NCBI GenBank assembly: GCA_000165345.1
Contig: CM000431.1
Coordinates: 480,001-544,000 of the forward strand
Length of the DNA stretch: 64,000 nucleotides
Direction of reading: 5' to 3'
The notes beneath the pieces were generated by a model. The model had not been told where the DNA came from and did no database searches. It saw nothing but the letters and a program-made list of their open reading frames with translations. A program made the position numbers and the translations under genes. The stretch's first letter is position 1; every line of letters begins with the position of its first letter. This document shows positions 53,780 to 63,630 of this stretch, one piece after another.

Positions 53780-55702
53780 CTAGAGTCTTCCTTCTGGAAT
53801 GTTATCAAATCTTCCGTCATCAACTCCATGACCATATAATGTTACATTGAACTCCTTTTTTGGAATCCAAGAGACGCTTGGAAGCGGAGCATTTAACACT
53901 GCATCTGGAGCCTTGCGTGCTTGTGTTTCCATACGTGATGACTGCTCATTTCTCAGAGTTCCATCGTCATCCGAAAAATTACCAGGGCTAGAATCAGTTT
54001 TGTTCCCTTGTTGAGCTTGAGATATTTGAGTTTCTATAGCAGAAGCAGCTGCATTCAACCTCTTAGCAACTGCAGACCCAATTTGGGCAGATACCATGCA
54101 GTCTGATGACTTCTTTCTAATATTGGGGCCCAATTGAACAATCATAAATGTCATATTATCGCAACCAATTCCCTCGCTTTCAACTGGATTAGGGGCTAGA
54201 CACTCGTCACAAATTTCCTCACAAATCTTTGAAAGTTGAATTGAAGTCAAGGCAGGTATTGGGGAAGAGCCATCTAGCTTTGTGCTGATTGAAAGCTGCT
54301 CTTTTGATTCAATGGAACCAAACTCTCGATCATTTTGGCCATCCATGTTGGACTCTCTCTTTTTTGAATCATTTCCTGACTCTAAAGCTTCAATCTGCTT
54401 TAAAATTTTGCGACGGACAATATCAACGCATAATTGATTATCTACAACATCCCAGATACCGTCACATGCCAAGACAATGAATTCATCCTCGTTAGTAAGA
54501 GGGATTATTCTGACATCTGGGAATGCTGTGATTTTTTGTTCTTCAGGAGTTAAAGATGAGTCACTTTTATATTGAAGATCGCCAAGAGTACGAGACATAT
54601 TCAAATTACCATCAACACGTCCATTTTCAACGGTCCCATGAGCTTTTAAAATTCTTTCGTTCTCCAATGGAAGTTCAGGCTTGTGATCATGTGAAAGCGC
54701 GATAGCTTGTCCTGATCTGCTTAAAACTGCTCTTGAATCACCTGCATTTGCAACAATTAAATACGGGGTGTCACCAGTTTCATCCGGAAGAATGACAGCA
54801 ACTACTGCAGTAGTACCACAGTGTTCAGGACCACACGCTCCAGAATCAGAAATATCTTCTAAATAGCCATCATCTTCAGCTAAACCATCATCGTCAATAA
54901 ATCCTGCATTGGGGTCATCATATGTTGCATCATCTCGCTTGATATCACTCTCAAATGGTGTAATTTCATCGGAGTAATTCTGGTTTTCGTCCAAATCAGT
55001 CGAGGGAATGTTCTCAGCTGGCTGTCTTCCGTAACTCGAATCTTCGTTTTTAGCAGAGGATTCCTTGATTTCATCCACCTCTTCCACTTTATCTCCATCG
55101 GCATTTCCATTCTCAGATGAGTTAGATTCCTCATCTCCATTGTAGGAAACGATCTGGAGGCAACGGTTCCCATTCTGTTCTACCATCCTTAATACTCTCC
55201 TTTGCCCATCAATTCCACCTAAAAGCTCCTGGAGGAATGTTTTTGGTGGATTAGTATCACTGTTAGTCTTCTTCTTGTCATATATTGCTCTCTGTTCTGG
55301 CCTGGATGTTGGGGAGGCCATTTGCTCGTCTAATTTAATGTATGTTCTTTGAAGAGCCTCAGAGATGGCCACTACTCTATTTGGCAGTTTACTTTTATCT
55401 GGACTGAGATTAATTTCATTCGAGCTTAGCTCCTTCAATACTGTATCTAACTCTTGCTCAAAAATAGACTCAATATGCCTTGAAACCCATTCTGAAATCA
55501 CGGATCCACCGTGGCCATCAAAGACACCGAATAAAGATAGCTCTGGATGCTTATCTAATCTTGGTAATGCAATGTGCGCATCCTCCATAGAAACCCTCCA
55601 TCCCTGCATTCCACTCACACCAAATCTGACACCATATTTATCAAAATCTCCACCTTGGTCAGAATGTTTAGTTGTTGAGGGTTTCGTTAAAAACATACCC
55701 AT
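53780..55702 (-). CDS. PP2C: PP2C-family Ser/Thr phosphatase, PPM1G-like (acidic insert; N-terminal MGxxxT consistent with N-myristoylation); the track ORF starts 7 codons upstream at a GTG (55723)
   Basis: MGMFLTKPSTTKHSDQGGD...YGVRFGVSGMQGWRVSMEDAHIALP...SLFGVFDGHGG matches the PPM1G N-terminus (MGAYLSQPNTVK...SAMQGWRVSMEDAH). Further motifs: GTTAVVAVIL, ANAGDSRAVL, DHKP, ACDGIWDV, CDNMTFMIV. A long Asp/Glu-rich insertion sits between motifs, as in PPM1G. Confidence 0.85.
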   Translation of the reverse strand: MGMFLTKPSTTKHSDQGGDFDKYGVRFGVSGMQGWRVSMEDAHIALPRLDKHPELSLFGVFDGHGGSVISEWVSRHIESIFEQELDTVLKELSSNEINLSPDKSKLPNRVVAISEALQRTYIKLDEQMASPTSRPEQRAIYDKKKTNSDTNPPKTFLQELLGGIDGQRRVLRMVEQNGNRCLQIVSYNGDEESNSSENGNADGDKVEEVDEIKESSAKNEDSSYGRQPAENIPSTDLDENQNYSDEITPFESDIKRDDATYDDPNAGFIDDDGLAEDDGYLEDISDSGACGPEHCGTTAVVAVILPDETGDTPYLIVANAGDSRAVLSRSGQAIALSHDHKPELPLENERILKAHGTVENGRVDGNLNMSRTLGDLQYKSDSSLTPEEQKITAFPDVRIIPLTNEDEFIVLACDGIWDVVDNQLCVDIVRRKILKQIEALESGNDSKKRESNMDGQNDREFGSIESKEQLSISTKLDGSSPIPALTSIQLSKICEEICDECLAPNPVESEGIGCDNMTFMIVQLGPNIRKKSSDCMVSAQIGSAVAKRLNAAASAIETQISQAQQGNKTDSSPGNFSDDDGTLRNEQSSRMETQARKAPDAVLNAPLPSVSWIPKKEFNVTLYGHGVDDGRFDNIPEGRL

Positions 55703-56197
55703 CTTTATTTGTTTTCGTTTCACTACCTTACACTATTCTTGTTATTTTAAAGCAAAGACTATTTTTCAAAAGTCGTCTGCTTGGGGTATTTTTTGGCTTT
55801 CTAGTTACATATAACTTACAGCTTGTGCACAATTGTTTGATTACCTCCGGCTGCAGCCACCGTACATCTTTTCCCCTCAATAATAACCAATCTAAGCAAA
55901 ATGGGCGCCAAAGGCGGTAAAACAAAGTGGGCACTGATTTTAAATTTATAGAGCATGCATGCAAAAAATTTACATTCTCGAAAAGTTTAAATTTACACAT
56001 TAAATTCTACTAAAAATTCAAATAAGGTTTCTCAAAAGCTTTCAAATAATGCAATAGAGCTACTGTTGGTTGAATTGTGTTTTTTTATAACAAAAATAGA
56101 AAGCAGTTTAAAACATAAACCGTCCAACTATTAGGAAAAACAATTAGAAAAATAGTGTTAATAATTAGAATTTGCTAAATTTTCTAATAGGTAGCAA

Positions 56198-57400
56198 TTA
56201 TAAATTAAATAGCCAGCTGTTAAGCGGTAATATTCCCTGATCAATTAGTTCTTTTTTTTTTTGCAAATAATGCGTAAATCGAGTATTTGCATATTCTGTA
56301 AAGTCAAATTCCACAGAGTTTGGCTGGTACCCTGGAGTTCTTGCAATAGACCACAGTCCCCATGTAATATGGGAAATTAGAGTGAATACTTCAACAGCCT
56401 TAGTCATAATGTGCACGATTTGTTGACTTGGCATAACTTGTTCTTGTAATGTTTGAGACAAATACACTGAAATAAATAGCTTTCGTAGCTCTTCACATGG
56501 ATAATCTTCATATTTAAATTTGAAATATGGTTGTTTTTCACTACAGTAATCATATATATACTCGCAAAAGTAGTTTGCGATGTCTGCCCCTGCAAAGTTT
56601 ATAGCTGAATACTCATAATCAATCATTCTAATATTGTTTTGCGTCTGTAATAGATTGTTTTCTTGAAGATCGTTATGAGCAAATACCAAAGAAAATGCTG
56701 GAGAATAAAGTTTTAATTCTAAAGCCCTTTCCATACTGAACTTTTCTCCGCCCATGATCAATTCTTCTAATTGATCAATCTCTTCCAATATCTTTGAGTA
56801 CAGTTCTTTATCAATCTGGAAATTGTTTTTGGACACTTGGATCTTAGCTTCTTCTCTCCAAAGATATATTCTTTTGAAGAGAATTGGCTCCTTGTCAAAC
56901 CTTGAAGGGAAATCTGCTCTTTTTGAATTAATAATGTGTAAAGATCCCATATTCTTTGCCACTTCTACACAAATGTGGGTTAACTGTAATTGTTTAGTTG
57001 TCAAAGGCTCACCATCAATGAACTCTTCTATTCTACCTTCTGGAAAATCTGCAATTATGTTTGGAGCGATATTAATGTTGCTCAGATATCTGAATACATC
57101 AAGCTCCACTTTGGAATCATAAAATTTTCCCACATGTTTACCATAAATTCTAAATAGAATTCTCGGATGTTTTAGAGATAAACTCATGGATTCATTTACA
57201 ATACTTACAACAAAAAGCTGGTTCGTGAGTCCTGAAAAGATCTGTTTAACTTCAATATACGACTCATTAATTTCTTTCCAACCCGGAATATTTTTTCGAC
57301 ATATACCTATTATTATCTCAGTATCTGTAATAGTCGAGAAAGACCTAATTGATTCTGATAATTTGTCACCTAGTTCGATTTTCTTGTTCGGGAATGGCAT
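56198..57400 (-). CDS. Choline/ethanolamine kinase
   Basis: Brenner motif and choline-kinase motif: VFAHNDLQENNLLQ...IRMIDYEYSAINFAGADIANYFCEY. Size 400 aa. Start MPFPNKK confirmed on the reverse complement. Confidence 0.8.
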   Translation of the reverse strand: MPFPNKKIELGDKLSESIRSFSTITDTEIIIGICRKNIPGWKEINESYIEVKQIFSGLTNQLFVVSIVNESMSLSLKHPRILFRIYGKHVGKFYDSKVELDVFRYLSNINIAPNIIADFPEGRIEEFIDGEPLTTKQLQLTHICVEVAKNMGSLHIINSKRADFPSRFDKEPILFKRIYLWREEAKIQVSKNNFQIDKELYSKILEEIDQLEELIMGGEKFSMERALELKLYSPAFSLVFAHNDLQENNLLQTQNNIRMIDYEYSAINFAGADIANYFCEYIYDYCSEKQPYFKFKYEDYPCEELRKLFISVYLSQTLQEQVMPSQQIVHIMTKAVEVFTLISHITWGLWSIARTPGYQPNSVEFDFTEYANTRFTHYLQKKKELIDQGILPLNSWLFNL

Positions 57401-57530
57401 TTCTTTTTTTTTTTTTTATTATTCTTCAAGTGTTCCTCAGTATTTTTCCTAGTTTAAGTTAAAGATAAGCAAAATCTGAATAGAGGCTAAAATAAGTAAT
57501 ATCAAACTTTAAAAGCAATATTATAGCAGT

Positions 57531-57558
57531 ATAATAATAATAATAATAAAAATAATGT
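57531..57558. repeat. AT-only trinucleotide microsatellite, (ATA/TAA)n, in the divergent promoter between the choline kinase and CCA1 genes
   Basis: ataataataataataataaaaataatgtaataataatag, preceded by a 17-nt poly(T) tract at about 57404-57420. Confidence 0.6.
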
Positions 57559-57964
57559 AATAATAATAGTATTAGAGTAGCCTCGGAAGCTTATCAATAA
57601 TTTCACTCAATTTGTATTTATATAATGCTTTAGATAAAAACTCTAAGCTATTAAATCTTAATAGAGTTAAAAGTTAGTATGAAAGAAATGTTCAGTTCAT
57701 AATCCTTAAAAATAAGAGTTTTCTCGAGATATTACTGAATTATTTTAATTAGTCTGTAATGAGGAGGGTAAACTTATATTATTTAGGCGGAAAAAAAATG
57801 TAAAGGAAATAATAATAAATAAACTAAATCTTTAAAATAAAACTTGGTATTCAGAACATACATAAATAATATAAACAGAAATTTTCCATCTTTTCTGCTA
57901 GGATATAATGATTTTATAATAATATTTTGTTCAAGTAACATAAAACAACCTTATAAGAAAAAGT

Positions 57965-59986
57965 ATGTCAACACTATCAAAAAGAAAACTTTATATTACT
58001 TCGGGAGACTACGAGGACTTTATTTTGGAGAAAAAAATTAAGAGGGAAATTGATTATAGCAAAATATTTGTTGAATTAAATGAAGCAGAAAACGAGTTAT
58101 TTAAACTTCTCATTGAATATACGAAATCGAGCAACTTAAAGACAATAGTGAGAGTTGCAGGGGGGTGGGTTAGAGATAAGATCCTAAGATTTATTTACTT
58201 AAATAGTGCAAAAAATAAAGATAGTTGTGCGGATAATGACGAAGAACAAGCTTCTACATTTAAGAAAGATATAGATATAGCACTAGACAATATATCTGGT
58301 AAGGATTTTGCAATCGGGTTCAATAGATGGTTGCAGAGCCACCACAACTACCCTGCACATAATGTGGGGATAATTAACAGAGATCCAGACAAGAGCAAGC
58401 ACTTGGAGACTGCTACACTTGCTTGGAATGAAATTAGTATCGATTTTGTTGGATTGAGATCAGAAACCTATACTTTAGAAAGTAGAATCCCAATAATTAC
58501 TCTCGGTACCGCTGAAGAAGATGCTTTTCGTAGAGATTTTACAATAAATAGCATGTTTTATAATTTGAATGAAAGGAAAATCGAAGACTTGACATGTAAA
58601 GGGATTGAAGACTTATATAACGGAATAATTAGAACTCCGCTGGATCCGATGAAAACCTTCATAGATGATCCTCTCAGGGCATTAAGGGCTTTCAGGTTTA
58701 CTTCTAGGTTACACTTTAGGGTTGATGAGGAGCTATTGAGCGCATGTAAGGATAAATCTATTCACGATGCATTGCAGGCCAAGATAAGCAGAGAAAGAGT
58801 AGGAACAGAAGTTCACGAGATGATTTCTAATAAGTATACTGGGAATCCTGCTATAGGCCTTCGATTAATAATTAATTCCAATTTGGTTGATTCTGTGTTC
58901 AAATTCCCAGATAATGAGGTAATATACAGCTTTATTAATGATTCAGAGTACCATTGTTTTTCAAATTTTGGAGATTGGTATTCCCCAGGACCATACTTGG
59001 TTGAATTAACTCATAGAATTATTGAGATATTAACTTCAAACAATTTAAGTGGCTGTCTTAATAACTCGTTTGATTATAAAAAACTAGATATCATTAGAAA
59101 GTTATTATATATTGATCAAGAATCAAATTGGGGGGTTTCTACATATTTTTCTTTCTTACTTCCTCTTTTCCATCATTACTTTAAGAATGAAAAAAATAAA
59201 GAAATACCATTAGTCAAATACATTATCTCAAATTCATTAAAGCTTTCAAACAAAATTGCCAATTCAGTAATGCAGTTATTCGATTCTTTATTAAAAATAA
59301 TTCACAGAGTTGTGAAATTGGACTCTTTAAATGAGTTAGCAAACTCAACTCTAGCAGAAAACAGTAATAGAGACAAGCTTAAGGTTGATGTTTACTCCAA
59401 AGATTTCTTAAAATCTATCGGAGACTCGTTTTTTCCAGAAATTTGGAATTTCTACTGCAATTATTTCAAATGTTGCTTGGAAAAATGGAGCTTAACTAAT
59501 ATTCATGCATCTAGTGAATATAAGCGGGATCAACAAAGTTGCAAGTTTCTGCAAAGAAGGGTTGAACTTGGAATCTTTGTGTATTTTACCGGTAATCTTT
59601 GGCTTGAAATGTTAATTGCTTTATTTTCACTGGATATAATTTGTAATAAAAGATCATCCACGCACAACATAGGATGCTGGTCAGATTCTGAGCTCTTAGA
59701 GTCACTTAACTTTCATCCATATATGGAGCTTATTAAAGAAATTCTTGAAATTAAAATGGCAACTTTTTACAATTTTAGAAATCCTGTAGATGGAAAAATG
59801 ATTCAAAAACATTTTCCAGAACTCCAAAAAGGACCAAAATATAAGTTTATTATAAATCTCAGTCTTTTGTGGTTTTTGGCTTTTTCACAAGAACCAGAAA
59901 CCCCAAACACTACAGAAGTTGCCAAGTGCATGGAATTTATAACTGAAAATTTCAAAGAAGTCATATTAGACTCTAAGCCTATTTAA
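57965..59986 (+). CDS. CCA1: tRNA nucleotidyltransferase (CCA-adding enzyme), class II, with an extended C-terminal region
   Basis: Head-domain motifs RVAGGWVRDKIL (GGxVRD), DIDIALD (DxD) and RRDFTINSMFYN (RRD/FTIN). 673 aa. Confidence 0.8.
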   Translation: MSTLSKRKLYITSGDYEDFILEKKIKREIDYSKIFVELNEAENELFKLLIEYTKSSNLKTIVRVAGGWVRDKILRFIYLNSAKNKDSCADNDEEQASTFKKDIDIALDNISGKDFAIGFNRWLQSHHNYPAHNVGIINRDPDKSKHLETATLAWNEISIDFVGLRSETYTLESRIPIITLGTAEEDAFRRDFTINSMFYNLNERKIEDLTCKGIEDLYNGIIRTPLDPMKTFIDDPLRALRAFRFTSRLHFRVDEELLSACKDKSIHDALQAKISRERVGTEVHEMISNKYTGNPAIGLRLIINSNLVDSVFKFPDNEVIYSFINDSEYHCFSNFGDWYSPGPYLVELTHRIIEILTSNNLSGCLNNSFDYKKLDIIRKLLYIDQESNWGVSTYFSFLLPLFHHYFKNEKNKEIPLVKYIISNSLKLSNKIANSVMQLFDSLLKIIHRVVKLDSLNELANSTLAENSNRDKLKVDVYSKDFLKSIGDSFFPEIWNFYCNYFKCCLEKWSLTNIHASSEYKRDQQSCKFLQRRVELGIFVYFTGNLWLEMLIALFSLDIICNKRSSTHNIGCWSDSELLESLNFHPYMELIKEILEIKMATFYNFRNPVDGKMIQKHFPELQKGPKYKFIINLSLLWFLAFSQEPETPNTTEVAKCMEFITENFKEVILDSKPI

Positions 59987-60928
59987 TTAACATAAACAAT
60001 TAAATTTTGTTGCGAGTTCAGGAGATATTTCCGACACCTGTTTGAAAATTTCGTTTGCTTCGTCCATCTTTCCTCTATAAGTCAAATCTTTTCCCTTTAA
60101 CCATAGAATATACGCCCTTTGATCTGCCTCACTAGTCAGTATAGGGTTCACTCTCCTATAAAGTATGTCTGTTCTTAAAATATACTTAGTATATCCAGCA
60201 CACAAAGGCTCGCCTTCGTGCATATCTGCAATAAAGAAAGTTACTATTCTACCTGCTCTTGGCTGTACTCTAGTAATAACATTATTTGGGTTTGTTCTCT
60301 CTCGGCCAGATTCGTCAATAAATCGTTTCTGTGTCTTTTGAGATTCATCTACAAATGAAGTAGCACCGCCTCCTTCTTCTGGAATTGTGTTTAAGTATAC
60401 TAAAACTGTCCAAAGAGTGCGAGTATTTGTATCTATACAGACTGAACAATCTGTATGGGGCCCAAAGTGGCCTCCATCACGGTATCTCCCAAAAAACATT
60501 TTTTCATATATTCCAATAGATTTCCATTTCCCAATATTATCTTCCTCGCTATAGCTATCATTTTCATTTATTTCGAATTCATGGTAATTAAAAATGTTCT
60601 TGATTCTTTCCCAAATGAATTTAGATAGTAAATACATATTACCCTCAATTGTATCCACATTTCTATAGCTTTTCTTAGAGGAATGTCCCGGATTCCAAAA
60701 AGAAAATTCTCCACTTTTCTCAAGAGATGCTATCATTTCCTTACATTCATCTTCTGAGAATACATTGTCCCAAATTTCTGCATATGGAAACCCTGGTACC
60801 TTTTGTCTAGTTATATTTTTTGTATCGACGCTCGGATCTTTCTCATGCACGAAGCTAGCTATTACCTTTTCTTCGTCAACCATATCCTTTTCCTTCACAA
60901 TTGACAAATATTTTGAGTAATTTCCCAT
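59987..60928 (-). CDS. 2-oxoglutarate/Fe(II)-dependent dioxygenase, prolyl-4-hydroxylase-like (cytoplasmic P4H/PhyA-type candidate)
   Basis: HxD...H triad context: RYRDGGHFGPHTDCSV ... GGATSFVD ... IADMHEGEPLCAGYTKYILRTDILYR (distal His then basic residue). No signal peptide. The stop codon abuts the stop of the convergent CCA1 gene (59986/59987). Confidence 0.5.
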   Translation of the reverse strand: MGNYSKYLSIVKEKDMVDEEKVIASFVHEKDPSVDTKNITRQKVPGFPYAEIWDNVFSEDECKEMIASLEKSGEFSFWNPGHSSKKSYRNVDTIEGNMYLLSKFIWERIKNIFNYHEFEINENDSYSEEDNIGKWKSIGIYEKMFFGRYRDGGHFGPHTDCSVCIDTNTRTLWTVLVYLNTIPEEGGGATSFVDESQKTQKRFIDESGRERTNPNNVITRVQPRAGRIVTFFIADMHEGEPLCAGYTKYILRTDILYRRVNPILTSEADQRAYILWLKGKDLTYRGKMDEANEIFKQVSEISPELATKFNCLC

Positions 60929-61425
60929 ATTTTTGGTTTATAGCTTTTATTGTTTGTCTTATTAATTTATTTATATCTTAGAAAAGTTGAAGAAAAAACG
61001 CTCATTCATGCTATTTTGATCTTTTTAGTGTGTAATTAAGAAAAACAGTAATTAGACGGCGGCGCAATTTCTAATTTGGGATGGAAAGCCACAAAGGGAC
61101 TTAGTTTTGCTCTTCTAAATTATTTTACTGGAATATCACCAAAGATTTCTTTTCATTTTATCATTAATCGATTCGAAACCTAGCTCGGAATTGGACTACC
61201 TCAATAATTTTCTCACTTAAATCTGCTGGTTAAAGCTTTTTTAAAACCTCGATATAAAATTCAACTCGATTTATTTCAAGATATTGCTGACTTCCAGTGT
61301 TTCTGCACTGAGAAGACATATTTTAGACCAAAATTCACAACATTGAGTCAAACGGTGCTTTAGGGCACGTAAGTGGATCTAACTCTAATTCTAATAGGTA
61401 CTTTTGCCATGCCTGTCAAAATAAT

Positions 61426-62808
61426 GTGACGATTTGTGAGAATCAGAGCGACAATACAGATCTTACGTGCCCACAATGTGGGAATAATGGCTTTGTTGAA
61501 TTAATATCTTTTGGTTCTCAGCAAAGTCAGGGGGTTTCTCTCTTAGGTATTACGGAACCTATAAATCCCCAGGAGGCTTCAACAAATCTACCAAGATCTT
61601 CTTGGATAGATATTTCATCTTTTCCTCAATCTGGCACTGAAATTGGGCCAGAAAATATACTTTCTAGGCTAATTTCAGAAGTTTCTAATTCTCTTAGGAA
61701 CTCAAGTAACAACCCAACGTCATTTGATCCATTGTTACCGAATTATAATACAAGAATTCATCAGGAGCAGCATAATTCTCATCATGCTCATGCTGTGTCG
61801 TTTTCCAGTGAATTGCCGACGGGGAATCCTGGAGCCACTACATTTATGGTAGGGCTTAGTGGTGAATTTAGGGAATTTCCCCTTGGAGACGTTCTTACAG
61901 GAAGCACGCTTTCGAACTTAGTTGAAAGCATGGAGAATGCTCTTGCCGTAGCCCTTAGTACTGAAGATCCTAATAATCGATTTGGAAGCCCTCCAGCTTC
62001 AACACAAGTCGTTGAGCAGCTTCCTAGAGAAACTGTAACAGAAGACAACATTGTAAGAATCAAAATGTGCGGGCCTTGCGTTGTATGCCAGGATGAGTAT
62101 AGTATTGGAGATGAAGTAATGGGCCTTTCGAGAGATGAAGAGGTGTGCCATCATATATTTCATGCAAATTGTCTTCTTCCTTGGCTAAACCAACATAATT
62201 CTTGCCCAGTTTGCAGGTTTGAACTCCCAACTGATGACGAGTTCTACGAGAGTAGGAGAAGGTCTTCGGCGCAAAATATCTCTTCAACATTGGAATCTAC
62301 AAATCAAGCAGGTACCCAAGTAGAGGCTCGGAATGGAATTCAAGATCATTTAGACTCTGCTACTGTTTCAAATAACAATATACAATCTACAAATTCGGAA
62401 TCTCAGGAGCCTCTTATAGAAGCTGAATTGGGTAGCAGTCAGATAAATTCTCAAGAACGAGATCAAGATCATGCTAGAAATGAAGGTAACTCTAACAATG
62501 CTGCTAGTTCTAATTTTAGAACAATAAACTTCTCGAATCCTATAGGAGAAGTAACTACACTCACATCTCAACTACCAGTTATTACAAGCACAATATCTAC
62601 GACCGAAACTTTCCACACAACCTCTAATCAAGATCCGATTTCTACAGACGATATAATAAACGATTTTCACAATTCAACGCACAGAAGAATTCACCAACTT
62701 CACCATTCCGGAATAGATTTGACATCTCGAGATTTGGACCCTGACTCTATTTCAGACTTTACTCCAATTGACACTATTCGCCATTCGAACTCTTGTAGGA
62801 TGATTTAG
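61426..62808 (+). CDS. RING-H2 E3 ubiquitin ligase of the RNF126/RNF115 (BCA2) type; the conserved N-terminal zinc-finger coding sequence extends upstream of the annotated (GTG) start to at least 61327
   Basis: RING-H2: CVVCQDEYSIGDEVMGLSRDEEVCHHIFHANCLLPWLNQHNSCPVCRFEL. N-terminal BCA2-type zinc finger ...RYFCHACQNNVTICENQSDNTDLTCPQCGNNGFVELI (RNF126: YFCHCC...YICPRCESGFIEEL). The first half (YFCHAC) lies in-frame upstream of 61426. 61426-61428 is GTG, not ATG. Confidence 0.7.
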   Translation: MTICENQSDNTDLTCPQCGNNGFVELISFGSQQSQGVSLLGITEPINPQEASTNLPRSSWIDISSFPQSGTEIGPENILSRLISEVSNSLRNSSNNPTSFDPLLPNYNTRIHQEQHNSHHAHAVSFSSELPTGNPGATTFMVGLSGEFREFPLGDVLTGSTLSNLVESMENALAVALSTEDPNNRFGSPPASTQVVEQLPRETVTEDNIVRIKMCGPCVVCQDEYSIGDEVMGLSRDEEVCHHIFHANCLLPWLNQHNSCPVCRFELPTDDEFYESRRRSSAQNISSTLESTNQAGTQVEARNGIQDHLDSATVSNNNIQSTNSESQEPLIEAELGSSQINSQERDQDHARNEGNSNNAASSNFRTINFSNPIGEVTTLTSQLPVITSTISTTETFHTTSNQDPISTDDIINDFHNSTHRRIHQLHHSGIDLTSRDLDPDSISDFTPIDTIRHSNSCRMI

Positions 62809-63150
62809 TTCAAATATTCTAGCCCTTATCCTTAGCGTTGAAGTATATATAAGTATTTATTTGTGCCTTTGTTTTCTGGTTTTCACTACATTGAGACAAC
62901 TTTAGTTTTAACTTCAAATATATCTGGTATTTGTTTCAGATAACTAATGAATAAATAACGGAGATGCATTAAAAGATTCTTTTGTTAAAGTTTTAAACAG
63001 AAGCGCTAGACAGAATGATTGCTAATGTAATTAAATAATTATATTTATAAGTAGTAATAGAGAGTAAGCTAGCTACTAAAATAATGAATAAAGCAATGGT
63101 AAAGTTTTGAAATAAAATATATTTTTAGAGAGTGATCAGAATCCATTTAA

Positions 63151-63630
63151 TCAAGATTGCTCATAATTACCTTCTAGTTCATACAAATTTGGGTGATTAG
63201 GTCCAACAGGGTTTTCACGCATGTGAAAGGAAACAGCTCTAGTAGTTCTGCCAGTTCTTCTTGGACCGACTACCCCTCTAGCCATAAGTTCTAGATTTTC
63301 CATGAATAGGTTGTCAATGGACTCGGGAATATATTCCCATCTATATAACCATGCGCCTTCACTTCTTCCAAATCTTCTCTGAACCCTCTTCCATTTTCGG
63401 GGCTTTCCGGGGACTAATACCAAATTTGAAAACTTTAGAAATTTATTTGGTTGAAAACGACGTTTTATTCCCCCTTCCTCATTTTTGGCTTCTATTTCAG
63501 AAAGCGGCTCTGATTTAGGGTCTACATTTTCAAAGCCATTGCTGGATTGAACAGAGTTTTGGGATTCACCTTCTGGTAATACCTTAATATGTTCCACCTT
63601 TTTTGCATCGACTTTATCTTCGAAGTTCAT
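63151..63630 (-). CDS. Hypothetical small basic protein (159 aa), conserved-looking C-terminus (RRFGRSEGAWLYRWEYIPESIDNLF...VVGPRRTGRTTRAVSFH); function unknown
   Basis: ORF with ATG and compact flanks. No family recognised. Confidence 0.4.
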   Translation of the reverse strand: MNFEDKVDAKKVEHIKVLPEGESQNSVQSSNGFENVDPKSEPLSEIEAKNEEGGIKRRFQPNKFLKFSNLVLVPGKPRKWKRVQRRFGRSEGAWLYRWEYIPESIDNLFMENLELMARGVVGPRRTGRTTRAVSFHMRENPVGPNHPNLYELEGNYEQS

